NCBI GenBank assembly: GCA_965227515.1
Contig: CBDDFZ010000001.1
Location: 1,664,001-1,728,000, forward strand
From: Alphaproteobacteria bacterium
Lineage (GTDB): Bacteria > Pseudomonadota > Alphaproteobacteria > CALKHQ01
Reading direction: 5' to 3'
DNA length: 64,000 bases
Made by a program: the position numbers and the translations under genes. The notes under the pieces are model-generated. The model did not search any database and was not told the DNA's origin. It saw only the letters and a program-made list of their open reading frames with translations. Every line of letters starts with the position of its first letter. The stretch's first letter is position 1. This document shows positions 9,418 through 18,867 of this stretch, piece after piece.

Positions 9418-10545
9418 ATGCACATTTCCAGTCAGTTCGACGGTGGCAACATCGAGGTGGAGAGCGCCGCCCGGCCGGACGACATCCGGCTGAAGATCCG
9501 GCGCGACCACCAGTCGGACTTCATGCAGTGGTTCTGCTACCGGGTCGCCGGCGCGCGCGGGCAGGCGCTGACCATGCGCATCGTCAATGCGGGCGAGGCG
9601 ACCTACACCCAGGGCTGGGAAGGCTATGCCGCCGTCGCGTCCCACGACATGCAGACCTACCACCGGGTGCCGACGCGCTATGCCGACGGGGTGCTGGAGA
9701 TCCAGCACACGCCGCTGAGCGACTGTGTGACCTACAGCTATTTCGCGCCATACAACCTGGTGCGCCATGCCGCCCTGGTCGCCGGTGCGGCGGCGGACGA
9801 GGAGACGTCGCTCAGTGTGCTGGGCCAGACCGTCGACGGCCGCGACATCGACCTGCTGACCCTCGGCGCGCCGGCGGCGGGCAAGCGCGCGGTCTGGGCC
9901 ATCGCCCGCCAGCACCCCGGCGAGACCATGGCCGAATGGTGGATGGAGGGTTTTCTCGACCGGCTGATCAACCCCGCCGATCCGCTCGCCCGTGCGCTGC
10001 GCCAGAAGGCGGTGTTCTATGTCGTGCCGAACATGAACCCGGACGGCAGCTTTCGCGGCCACCTGCGCACCAACGCCGCCGGGGTCAATCTGAACCGCGC
10101 CTGGGCCGAGCCGAGCCCGGACACCAGCCCCGAGGTCTACTACGTGCGCGAGCACATGCGCCGCACCGGCGTCGACTTCTGCATCGATGTCCACGGCGAC
10201 GAGGCGATCCCCTACAACTTCATCGCCGGCTCACATGGCATTCCGTCGTTGAAGGAGAAGCAGATCGACCTGCACGACCGGTTCTGCGCCGCGCTGGTGC
10301 GCGCCAACCCGGACTTCCAGATCGAGCACGGCTATCCCAAGGCGCCGCCGGGCCGCGCCAACATGACCATGTCGACCAACCACATCGCCGAGGCGTTCGA
10401 CTGCCTGGCGATGACCTTGGAGATGCCGTTCAAGGACGTGGCGGACGCGCCCAACCAGATGACGGGCTGGTCGCCGGAGCGCAGCGGCGTGCTCGGCCGC
10501 GCCTGCCTGGACGCGCTGGCGGAGGTTATCGACGACCTGCGTTGA
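9418..10545 (+). CDS. M14 cytosolic (Nna1/CCP-type) zinc carboxypeptidase
   Basis: FDGGNI, ARQHPGE, PNMNPDG, NLNR, DVHGDE, TLEMPFK. Confidence 0.92.
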   Translation: MHISSQFDGGNIEVESAARPDDIRLKIRRDHQSDFMQWFCYRVAGARGQALTMRIVNAGEATYTQGWEGYAAVASHDMQTYHRVPTRYADGVLEIQHTPLSDCVTYSYFAPYNLVRHAALVAGAAADEETSLSVLGQTVDGRDIDLLTLGAPAAGKRAVWAIARQHPGETMAEWWMEGFLDRLINPADPLARALRQKAVFYVVPNMNPDGSFRGHLRTNAAGVNLNRAWAEPSPDTSPEVYYVREHMRRTGVDFCIDVHGDEAIPYNFIAGSHGIPSLKEKQIDLHDRFCAALVRANPDFQIEHGYPKAPPGRANMTMSTNHIAEAFDCLAMTLEMPFKDVADAPNQMTGWSPERSGVLGRACLDALAEVIDDLR

Positions 10546-10573
10546 TCGTGACCAGCTTGCGCTGACTTGGCAA

Positions 10574-12355
10574 TCAAACGCTAATACGCTTCGTCTCACC
10601 GGACCCGATATCGGGCGTGCTGACCGGCGAGCCGTCGCCGACCGGGGCCAGCGTGCGCATCGCCTCGTACTGGGACAGGAACACCTGGCCGGTCATCTCG
10701 TCCAGGAAGTGGGTGCGCTTCAGCCGGTCCATCACCGGGCCCTTCACCTCCGACAGGTGGAGCTTGATCTCCATGTCCTTCAGCCGGTGGTTGATGGCCT
10801 CCAGCGATTCCAGCGCGCTCAAGTCGATCTCGTTGATCGCCGAGCACATCAGCACGATGTGGCGGGTCTCCGGCGCGGCCAGCACCCGGTCGTAGAGATA
10901 GTCCTCCAGGAAGCGCGCGTTGGCGAAGTTCAGGCTCTCGTCGATGCGAAAGCTCAGCATGGCCGGGTCGGTCAGCACCCGGTGGCGCCGGATGTTGCGG
11001 AAGTGCTCGGTGTGCGGCACCAGCCCGACCTCGGCGATGTGCGGGCGAGAGGTGCGGTAGAGCGCGAGAAGGATCGAGATGATCACGCCGCCGGAGACGC
11101 CGACCTCGACCCCGAAGCCGAGGGTGAGCAGGATGGTGCCGGCGACCGCGGCGAAGTCGGGCTTGGAGTACCGCCAGGCCTGCTTCAGCACGCCGAAGTC
11201 GATCAGCGACAGCACGGCGACGATGATGGTGGCGGCCAGCGTCGCCTTCGGCAGGAAGAAGATCAGCGGCGTCAGCGCCACCGCGGCAATCGCGAGCCCA
11301 ATTGCGGTGAAGGCGCCGGCGGCCGGAGTCTCGGCCCCGGCATCGAAATTGACCACCGAGCGCGCGAAGCCGCCGGTGACCGGATAGCCGCCGGTGAAGG
11401 CCGCGCCCAGATTGGCGGCACCCAGCCCGATCAGCTCCTGGTCCGGGTCAATGCGCTGGCGCTTGCGCGCGGCCAGCGTCTGCGCGACCGAGATCGATTC
11501 CACGAAGCCGATGATCGAGATCAGCAGGGCCGGCACGATCAGCGCCTCGATCAGGTCCAGCGAAACATCGGGCAGGGTGAAGGGCGGCAGGCTCTGCGGC
11601 ACCGCGCCGACGATCTGCACGCCCTGGTCCGCGAGGTCGAAGGTGCCGACCGCAAGCGTGGTGACGACGACGGCGGCGACCGGGCCGGCCTTCGCCGCCA
11701 CGTCGGCCAGGCGCGGGCCGACGCCCAGGCGCCGCAGCAGCGGCTTCAGCCCCTTGCGCACCCAGAACAGGAACGCCGCCGAGACGATGCCGATGACCGC
11801 CGTGATCGGGTTGGTGTCGGCGATGTGCTCCACCAGCGACACCACCATCTCCCACAACGTGTGGCCGGACGCGTCGACGCCGAGCACGTGGCGGAGCTGG
11901 CTGGTCGCGATCAGCACGCCGGACGCGGTGATGAACCCGGCGATCACCGGGTGGGACAGGAAATTGGCCAGGAAACCCAGCCGCAGCACGCCCATCAGCA
12001 CCAGCATGGCGCCCGACAGCCCGGCGAGCGTCAGCGCGGCGACCGCATAGCCGGCGGTGCCGGCCGCCGCCACATTGCCGATGGCGGCCGCCGTCATCAG
12101 CGACACCACCGCCACCGGCCCCACCGCCAGCACGCGGCTGGTGCCGAACACCGCATAGAGCATGATCGGCAGGATCGAGGCGTAGATGCCCGCTTCCGGC
12201 GGCAGGCCGGCCAGCAGCGCATAGGCCAGCGACTGCGGGATCAGCATGATCGTCACGATCACGGCCGCGATCAGGTCGTTGCCCAGGGCCTGGCCGTTGT
12301 AGGTGCGGCCCCATTGCAGGATCGGCAGATATCGCGTCCAGCCGCGCGCGGTCAT
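10574..12355 (-). CDS. SulP family anion transporter with STAS domain
   Basis: IPQSLAYALLAGLP, GPVAVVSL, GGFARSVVN, C-terminal STAS. Confidence 0.95.
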   Translation of the reverse strand: MTARGWTRYLPILQWGRTYNGQALGNDLIAAVIVTIMLIPQSLAYALLAGLPPEAGIYASILPIMLYAVFGTSRVLAVGPVAVVSLMTAAAIGNVAAAGTAGYAVAALTLAGLSGAMLVLMGVLRLGFLANFLSHPVIAGFITASGVLIATSQLRHVLGVDASGHTLWEMVVSLVEHIADTNPITAVIGIVSAAFLFWVRKGLKPLLRRLGVGPRLADVAAKAGPVAAVVVTTLAVGTFDLADQGVQIVGAVPQSLPPFTLPDVSLDLIEALIVPALLISIIGFVESISVAQTLAARKRQRIDPDQELIGLGAANLGAAFTGGYPVTGGFARSVVNFDAGAETPAAGAFTAIGLAIAAVALTPLIFFLPKATLAATIIVAVLSLIDFGVLKQAWRYSKPDFAAVAGTILLTLGFGVEVGVSGGVIISILLALYRTSRPHIAEVGLVPHTEHFRNIRRHRVLTDPAMLSFRIDESLNFANARFLEDYLYDRVLAAPETRHIVLMCSAINEIDLSALESLEAINHRLKDMEIKLHLSEVKGPVMDRLKRTHFLDEMTGQVFLSQYEAMRTLAPVGDGSPVSTPDIGSGETKRISV

Positions 12356-12389
12356 TGTGGCGTGGTCCAATGCTGTCGAGCCAAGGAGG

Positions 12390-14054
12390 TCAAATCCGCT
12401 CGGGCTTGGCCAGCCACTCGCGCCCGCGCAGCATCGCCTTCCAATAGATCGGCGGCAGCAGCTTCTCCTTCAGGAACCACGCCAGGCGGCTGGGCTTGGT
12501 GCCGTTGATCAGCCAACGCGGGAAGCTTGGCAGCAGCGTGCCGCCATAGCCGAACTCGGCCAGCACGATCTTGCCGCGCTCCACCGTCAGCGGGCAGGAG
12601 CCATAGCCGTCGTACTGCGCCACCGGCGAGCGGCCGTCGACATCGGCGATCAGGTTCTCCGCCACCGTCGGCGCCTGCTTGCGTGCGGCAGCCGCCGTCT
12701 TGGCATTGGGAGCATTCATCACGTCGCCCAGCGCCCAGATGTTCTCGAACGACTTGTGGCGCAGGGTCGCCTGGTCGACATCGACCCAGCCGGCAGCGTC
12801 CGCCAGCGGCGACACCCGGATGAAGTCCGGCGCGGTCTGCGGCGGGCAGACGTGCATCATGTCGAACTCGACCTCGACGCGCTCCACCGGCGTGTCCGGC
12901 TTGGCGACGTCGAACCATGCCTTGCCGGCCGGGCCGTCCACCGCCACCAGGTTGTTGAAGAATTCCAGCTTGGCGCCGTAGCGGTCGATATAGCTCTGTA
13001 GCGCCGGCACGTAGTCTTTCACGCCGAACAGCACGCCGCCGGCATTGTGGAAGTGGATGTCGATGTTGTTGAGCACGCCGTTGCGCCGCCAGTGGTCGGC
13101 CGAGAGGTAGAGCGCCTTCTGCGGCGCGCCGGCGCACTTGATCGGCATCGGCGGCTGGGTGAACAGCGCGCGCCCCTTCTTCAGCCCCTGCACCAGTTGC
13201 CAGGTATAGGGCGCCAGATCGTAGCGGTAGTTGGAGGTGACGCCGTTGCGGCCCAGGGTCTCGACCAGGCCTTCCACCTTGTGCCAGTCGAGCTTCAGGC
13301 CGGGGCAGACCACCAGGCGCTGGTATTTCACCACCCGGCAGCCATCCAGGATGACGGCGTTGTTCTGCGGCTCGAAAGCGGCCACCGCCGCCTTCAGCCA
13401 ATGCACGCCGTTGGGGATCAGCAAGGCCATGGTGCGGGCGGTGTCGCCGGCGTCGAAGATGCCGCCGCCGACCATGGTCCAGCCCGGCTGGTAGTAGTGC
13501 ACGTCGGCGGGGTCGATGATGGCGATATCGAGCGAGGGCCGGCGCGCGCGCAGGCTGGCGGCGACGGAGATGCCCGCGGCACCGCCGCCGACCACCACAA
13601 CGTCGAACGACGCATCCGGCCGGTCGGTCGGTGTCTTGCCGCCATTGGAGATGCGCCGCGCCACGCCGCTCATGTCGTAGCCGGCGCGCTTGGCGGCGGC
13701 CAGGATGTCGGCCAGCGCCATCCGGTCGGCCTGGGCCAGCGACCACAGGGTTGTCGAGCGGGTGCCGGACCGGCAATAGGCCAGCACCGGCTTCGGCAAT
13801 GACTGCAGCGCATCGCCGAACGCCTGGGCGTCGTCGTCGCCTACCTTGCCGGAGACTATGGGGATGTAGCGTGCCTCCATCCCCGCCTTTTTCGCTGCCT
13901 CTTCGATTTCCTCGAAATTGGGCTGGTCCGGCCCCTCGCCATCGGGCCGGTTGCAGATGACCGCCCGGAAGCCCTGTTCGGCGAGTGCTGCCACGTCGTC
14001 GACGGCGATCTGGCCGCTGACCGACAGCTCGTTCGAGATCTTCTTCACGTCCAT
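12390..14054 (-). CDS. sqr: DUF442 (TIGR01244) sulfurtransferase fused to type II sulfide:quinone oxidoreductase
   Basis: N-terminal CNRPDGE and YCRSGTRS; GGGAAG FAD motif, YYQPGWT, KCAGAPQK, YDGYGSCP; GGAGGA RBS. Confidence 0.92.
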   Translation of the reverse strand: MDVKKISNELSVSGQIAVDDVAALAEQGFRAVICNRPDGEGPDQPNFEEIEEAAKKAGMEARYIPIVSGKVGDDDAQAFGDALQSLPKPVLAYCRSGTRSTTLWSLAQADRMALADILAAAKRAGYDMSGVARRISNGGKTPTDRPDASFDVVVVGGGAAGISVAASLRARRPSLDIAIIDPADVHYYQPGWTMVGGGIFDAGDTARTMALLIPNGVHWLKAAVAAFEPQNNAVILDGCRVVKYQRLVVCPGLKLDWHKVEGLVETLGRNGVTSNYRYDLAPYTWQLVQGLKKGRALFTQPPMPIKCAGAPQKALYLSADHWRRNGVLNNIDIHFHNAGGVLFGVKDYVPALQSYIDRYGAKLEFFNNLVAVDGPAGKAWFDVAKPDTPVERVEVEFDMMHVCPPQTAPDFIRVSPLADAAGWVDVDQATLRHKSFENIWALGDVMNAPNAKTAAAARKQAPTVAENLIADVDGRSPVAQYDGYGSCPLTVERGKIVLAEFGYGGTLLPSFPRWLINGTKPSRLAWFLKEKLLPPIYWKAMLRGREWLAKPERI

Positions 14055-14064
14055 GACGATTCCT

Positions 14065-14120
14065 CCCGTATCCAACTGCCCGTATCCAACTGCCCGTATC
14101 CAACTGCCTGTGTCCGACGG
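14065..14120. repeat. 14-bp tandem repeat (3 perfect + 1 degenerate copy)
   Basis: cccgtatccaactg at 14065, 14079, 14093; cctgtgtccgacgg (10/14) at 14107. Confidence 0.95.
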
Positions 14121-14121
14121 C

Positions 14122-15006
14122 TCAGAGGCCGTTGATCGGCAGCTTGAGCATCTGCCGGCCGCTGGGATCGGTGGGGATATCGCCGGCACGCATGTTGACC
14201 TGCAGCGACGGCAGGATCAGGCGCGGCATGTCCAGGGTGGCGTCACGCGCGGTACGGAACTTGACGAACTCCTCGCGTGTCTTGCCGCCACCGACATGGA
14301 TGTTCTTGGCCTTCTCGGCGCCGACCGTGGTCTCCCATTCGATGTCGCGGCCGTCGGCGCCGTAGTCGTGGCACATGAACAGGCGGGTCTCGTCCGGCAG
14401 CGCCAGCACCTTCTGGATCGAATCGTAGAGGGTGCCGGCATCGCCGCCCGGAAAGTCGGCGCGTGCGGAGCCCGCATCGGGCATGAACAGGGTGTCGCCG
14501 ACGAACGCGGCATCGCCGATCACGTGGACCATGCATGCCGGGGTGTGGCCGGGGGTGTGCATGGCGAACCCGGTCATGCCGCCGATGGTGTAGGTGTCGC
14601 CGTCCTTGAACAGGGCGTCGAATTGGCTGCCGTCGCGCTTGAACTCGGTCCCTTCGTTGAAGAACTTGCCGAAGGTCTCCTGCACCACGACGATCTTGTC
14701 GCCGATGCCGATCTTGCCGCCCAGCTTGGCCTGGATGTACGGCGCGGCGGACAGGTGGTCGGCGTGGACGTGGGTCTCGATGATCCACTCCAGCTTCAGG
14801 CCACGGTCGGTGATGTCGGCGATGATCTCGTCGGCGTGCTCGAAGCTGATGCGGCCGGCGGCATAGTCCAGGTCCATCACCGAATCGACGACCGCGCAGG
14901 ACGACGAGCCGGGGTCCTTGACCACATAGCTGATGGTGTTGGTGTCCGGCTCGAAGAACGCCTTGACGTCCGGCTTCACGGAAATGTCGACGGGATATTG
15001 TGTCAT
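14122..15006 (-). CDS. Persulfide dioxygenase (ETHE1/PDO, MBL fold)
   Basis: ETHVHADHLS, TPGHTPAC, GDTLFMPD.GSARADFP, CHDY, LQVNMRAG. Confidence 0.92.
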   Translation of the reverse strand: MTQYPVDISVKPDVKAFFEPDTNTISYVVKDPGSSSCAVVDSVMDLDYAAGRISFEHADEIIADITDRGLKLEWIIETHVHADHLSAAPYIQAKLGGKIGIGDKIVVVQETFGKFFNEGTEFKRDGSQFDALFKDGDTYTIGGMTGFAMHTPGHTPACMVHVIGDAAFVGDTLFMPDAGSARADFPGGDAGTLYDSIQKVLALPDETRLFMCHDYGADGRDIEWETTVGAEKAKNIHVGGGKTREEFVKFRTARDATLDMPRLILPSLQVNMRAGDIPTDPSGRQMLKLPINGL

Positions 15007-15064
15007 TGCTTCCTCCGGTTGGCGGGATTTGCGCCAACCGTAGAGCAATGTCACGCACCGATCA

Positions 15065-15106
15065 GTGATCTAGTCACGGAAGGTGGAACGTCGGTGACTA
15101 GATCGG
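15065..15106. promoter_or_regulatory. Paired operator-like sites upstream of the persulfide dioxygenase gene
   Basis: GTGATCTAGTCAC (15065-15077) and GTGACTAGATC (15094-15104), an 11-bp perfect inverted pair. Confidence 0.55.
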
Positions 15107-15124
15107 GATCAGCTTACGCTGAAT

Positions 15125-15209
15125 CTGCGCCGGCCCTCTCCCCCACCCGGCCACCCAGCAGGATACTGTCGTTGGGCGGCCGGGTGGGGGAGAGGGCCGG
15201 TGCCGACTT
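15125..15209. repeat. Long palindromic intergenic element, family A, copy 1
   Basis: ccggccctctcccccacccggcc...ggccgggtgggggagagggccgg; arms nearly identical to 28207-28304. Confidence 0.9.
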
Positions 15210-15222
15210 AAATGATCATGCT

Positions 15223-15885
15223 CTAGTGTCCCGCGTGGGCCAGTTCGCCGAGCGACGTCTCGTCGGTGATGGTGACCATACCGCGGGTCTGGTTCAGCCA
15301 GCCGCGGCGATGGAACTCCTGCAACTGGCGCGACACCACCTCGCGCGCGGTGCCGAGTTCGGAGGCGAGCTGCTGGTGGGTCGCCGCCACCTGGTGCGCC
15401 GGCGTCTGCAACTCCAACAGCTTCTGGGCCAGGCGGATGTCCATGCGCCGGAACGCCACTTCCTCGATCACCAGAAACAGGTCGGTGATGCGCTTGGAGT
15501 AGGCGGAGAAGACGAAGCGGCGGAACACCTCCGACGACGCGACCAACTGGTCGAACACCCGGCGCGGAATGGCGACCGCCTCGACATCGGTCTCGGTGAT
15601 GCCTTCGGCCAGATAGTCCTCATAGGCCAGCAGGCAGGCCGTGGTCAGCACGCAGCTTTCGCCCGCATGCACCCGGTAGAGCACGATCTCGCGCCCGCTC
15701 TCCGACACCTGCTGCACCCGCACCGTGCCGTCGAGCAGCAGCAGCATGTTTTCCGGCGCCTTGCCGGGCCCGAAGATGACGGTGCCTTTCGGCACCGATA
15801 CCACGGCGCTCTCGCCCACCAGCAGGTCGCGGATCTCCGGCTTCAGGCTGGCCAGTCCGGGGAAGTTGGCGATCCACTCCGTCAT
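15223..15885 (-). CDS. Crp/Fnr family transcriptional regulator
   Basis: SGREIVLY, GESCVLT, HTH THQQLASELGTAREVVSRQL. Confidence 0.93.
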   Translation of the reverse strand: MTEWIANFPGLASLKPEIRDLLVGESAVVSVPKGTVIFGPGKAPENMLLLLDGTVRVQQVSESGREIVLYRVHAGESCVLTTACLLAYEDYLAEGITETDVEAVAIPRRVFDQLVASSEVFRRFVFSAYSKRITDLFLVIEEVAFRRMDIRLAQKLLELQTPAHQVAATHQQLASELGTAREVVSRQLQEFHRRGWLNQTRGMVTITDETSLGELAHAGH

Positions 15886-15894
15886 GGCGGCATC

Positions 15895-17352
15895 CTACGC
15901 CGAATTGCCGCCGCGCGTATCGCCTGTGATGTCCCTGTACAGCGCGTCGTAGGCGAGGGCGGATTGGTCCCAGCCCACCGGATGCGCCATCGCGCGGCGC
16001 TGCATGGTGCGCCACGCCTTGGCATCGGCGAAGACGTCGCAGGCGGTGGCCAGCGCCTGGGCCAGCGCATCGGCCGTCACCGGTGCGAACTGGAAGCCGG
16101 TGGCGACACCAGCCCGCATGGCGGCGTCGTTGGCGTCGATCACGGTGTCGGCCAGCCCGCCGGTGCGCGCCACGACCGGCAACGTGCCATAGCGCAGCCC
16201 ATAGAGCTGGGTCAGGCCGCACGGCTCGAAACGGGACGGCACGACGATGGCGTCGGCGCCCGCCTGCATCAGGTGCGACAGCGCCTCGTCATAGCCGATG
16301 CGCACGCCCAGCCGCTCCGGCATGCGGCGGCGTGCGCCCATGAAGGCATCCTCCAGGGCGGTGTCGCCGGCCCCCAGCAGCACCAGGCTGGCGCGCTCCA
16401 ACAGCGCGGGCAGGGCCTCCAGCAGCAGGTCCAGGCCCTTCTGCGCGGTCATCCGGCTGACCACGCAGAACAGCGGGCGGTCGGGGCAGGGCGCGATCTC
16501 GAACGCGCTGGCCAGGGCGGCCTTGTTCTTCGCCTTGCCTGATATCGCCCGCGCGGAATAGCTGGCGGCGATGTGCGGGTCGGCGGCCGGGTTCCACACG
16601 TCCAGGTCGATGCCGTTCAGGATGCCGCTGAGGTCGCCGGCCCGCCCGCGCAGCACCCCGTCCATCCCCATGCCGAACGCGGGCGTCATCAGCTCGCGCG
16701 CGTAGGTGGGGCTCACGGTCGTCAGCCGGTCGGCATAAACCAGACCCGCCTTCAGCATGCTGACCTGGCCGTAGTATTCCAGGCCCTCCGGCGTGAACAT
16801 GGCGGCCGGAATGTCCAGGGCGGACAGCGTCTCGGCCGGAAACAGCCCCTGGAAGGCGACGTTGTGGATGGAGATCACGGACGGGATCGCCGGACCCTTG
16901 GCGCCGCGCAGATAGGCCGGCACCAGGCCCGCCTGCCAGTCGTGGCAGTGGACAAGGTCGGGCCGCCAGCCGTCCGCCCCCTTTGTCGCGATGTCCGTCG
17001 CCACCCGGCAGAGCGCGCCATAGCGCAAATGGTTGTCCGGCCAGTCGCGCCCGTCCGGCCCCAGATAGGGGTTGCCCGGCCGGTCGAACAGGTGCGGCGC
17101 ATCCAGCAGCAGCAGGTCCAGTCCGGCCGTCTTGCCCGCCAGCACGTTCGCCTTGCCGCCAAAAAGGGCCTTGTAGCTGGCCGCCGGCGTTGCGTCCGAC
17201 AGCTTGCCGGCGAGCCCCCGATAGGCCGGCAGCAGCACCCGCACCTCGTGGCCCAGGGTGGCGAGCGCCTGTGGCAGCGCGCCGACGACATCGGCCAGCC
17301 CGCCGGTCTTGACCAGCGGCGCGCACTCCGACGCCACGAACAGGATGCGCAT
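15895..17352 (-). CDS. glgA: Glycogen synthase
   Basis: KTGGLADV, HCHDWQ, PSRFEPCGLTQL. Confidence 0.97.
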   Translation of the reverse strand: MRILFVASECAPLVKTGGLADVVGALPQALATLGHEVRVLLPAYRGLAGKLSDATPAASYKALFGGKANVLAGKTAGLDLLLLDAPHLFDRPGNPYLGPDGRDWPDNHLRYGALCRVATDIATKGADGWRPDLVHCHDWQAGLVPAYLRGAKGPAIPSVISIHNVAFQGLFPAETLSALDIPAAMFTPEGLEYYGQVSMLKAGLVYADRLTTVSPTYARELMTPAFGMGMDGVLRGRAGDLSGILNGIDLDVWNPAADPHIAASYSARAISGKAKNKAALASAFEIAPCPDRPLFCVVSRMTAQKGLDLLLEALPALLERASLVLLGAGDTALEDAFMGARRRMPERLGVRIGYDEALSHLMQAGADAIVVPSRFEPCGLTQLYGLRYGTLPVVARTGGLADTVIDANDAAMRAGVATGFQFAPVTADALAQALATACDVFADAKAWRTMQRRAMAHPVGWDQSALAYDALYRDITGDTRGGNSA

Positions 17353-17355
17353 CGT

Positions 17356-18624
17356 CTACAGGCTGAGCTTGTCGATCATCGGCTGGGTGATCAGGCAGAT
17401 GCCGCCCTCGCTGATCCGGAACCGCTTGCCGTCGAGTTCAGGATCCTCGCCGACCACCAGCCCCTCCGGGATCTCCACGCCGCGGTCGAGGATGACGTTG
17501 GTCAGCCGCGCGTTGCGGTTCACCACGCAGTCCGGCAGCGCGACGACGCCGTTCAGCTCGCTGTAGGAATGGCAGCGCACATTGGTGAACAGCAGGCACT
17601 CGCGCAGCGACGAGCCGGAGATGACGCACCCGCCGGAGACCATGGAACTGACCGCCATGCCGCGCCGATCCTCCTCGTCGTGGATGAACTTGGCCGGCGG
17701 CGTGATCTCGGCATAGGTCCAGATCGGCCAGTCCTTGTCGTAGAGGTCGAGCTCCGGCGTAAAGTCGGTCAGGTCCTTGTTCGCCTGCCAGAAATTGTCC
17801 AGCGTGCCGACATCGCGCCAGTACGGTTCCGACTCGTCATCGCTGGTGACGCAGGACTGGGAGAAGCGGTGGGCGACGGCGCCGCCGCTCTCGACCAGCT
17901 TCGGGATGATGTTGCGGCCGAAATCGTGGGCGGATGCGGCATCGTCCATGTCTTCCAGCAGAACCTGGATCAACAGCTTGGTCTCGAACACGTAGATGCC
18001 CATGCTGGCCAGCGCCATGTCGGGCTTGTCCGGCATGCCGGGCGGATCGGCCGGCTTCTCCACGAAGTCGACGATGCGATCGGTCGTGTCGATCTTCATG
18101 ACGCCGAAGCCGGTCGCCTCCATGCGCGGCACTTCCAGGCAGCCCACGGTGACGGCCGCGCCGGAGTCGACGTGCTGCTGCAGCATCACCTCGTAGTCCA
18201 TCTTGTAGACGTGGTCGCCGGCCAGCACGACGATGTACTTCGGCTCGTAGCTCTCGATGATGTCGATGTTCTGGGTCACCGCGTCGGCAGTGCCCAGATA
18301 CCAGCGGTTCTCGTCGACGCGCTGCGAGGCGGGCAGGATGTCCAGCATCTCGTTGCGCTCGGCCCGGAAGAAGCTCCAGCCCCGCTGCAGATGGCGGACC
18401 AGGCTGTGCGCCTTGTACTGGGTGGCGACACAGATGCGGCGGATGCCCGAATTGACCGCGTTCGACAGGGCGAAATCGATGATGCGGCTCTTGCCGCCGA
18501 AATAGACGGCCGGTTTCGCGCGCTTGTCGGTGAGTTCCAGCAGCCGGCTGCCGCGCCCGCCGGCCAGGACAAACGCCATGGTATCGCGCGCCAGAATGCG
18601 CGGGGTGGACAGTTGTCTGGGCAT
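17356..18624 (-). CDS. glgC: Glucose-1-phosphate adenylyltransferase
   Basis: [37 protein letters not shown]. Confidence 0.97.
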   Translation of the reverse strand: MPRQLSTPRILARDTMAFVLAGGRGSRLLELTDKRAKPAVYFGGKSRIIDFALSNAVNSGIRRICVATQYKAHSLVRHLQRGWSFFRAERNEMLDILPASQRVDENRWYLGTADAVTQNIDIIESYEPKYIVVLAGDHVYKMDYEVMLQQHVDSGAAVTVGCLEVPRMEATGFGVMKIDTTDRIVDFVEKPADPPGMPDKPDMALASMGIYVFETKLLIQVLLEDMDDAASAHDFGRNIIPKLVESGGAVAHRFSQSCVTSDDESEPYWRDVGTLDNFWQANKDLTDFTPELDLYDKDWPIWTYAEITPPAKFIHDEEDRRGMAVSSMVSGGCVISGSSLRECLLFTNVRCHSYSELNGVVALPDCVVNRNARLTNVILDRGVEIPEGLVVGEDPELDGKRFRISEGGICLITQPMIDKLSL

Positions 18625-18867
18625 GGTCCCGATCTCCTCCCGTTCGCCTCCGTGTCGCACCCATTGTAGGGCGTGTGCCGTGGCGCGCCAGCCGTGTCTC
18701 CGCCGCCTTGCGTTTTTCGTGGCTGCCATTCGATGGCGACGCATGGTCGCTTGCAATGGCCGGCTCCGCGGGCCTGCGTTATTGTTGCGCCGAACCGGGC
18801 CGCGCCACCACCATGGACTGGCACAAGGCCCCGGCACAAATCAGCTATTACAGGGATTTTTCGGGAC

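Noticed and set aside
14065-14120. Possible CRISPR array
   Set aside because: Repeats are directly adjacent with no spacers, only 14 bp long, and there are no cas genes
13918-18669. Very long + strand ORFs (874 aa and 698 aa), and similar ones such as 10709-12508, 24284-26173 and 42523-44511
   Set aside because: Antisense shadows of well-supported genes in high-GC DNA; no motifs or RBS
18730-18867. Possible SAM-II riboswitch before the MetE-like gene (CAAATCAGCTA resembles its 3' end)
   Set aside because: The complementary upstream GATTTG strand and the P1 stem are missing
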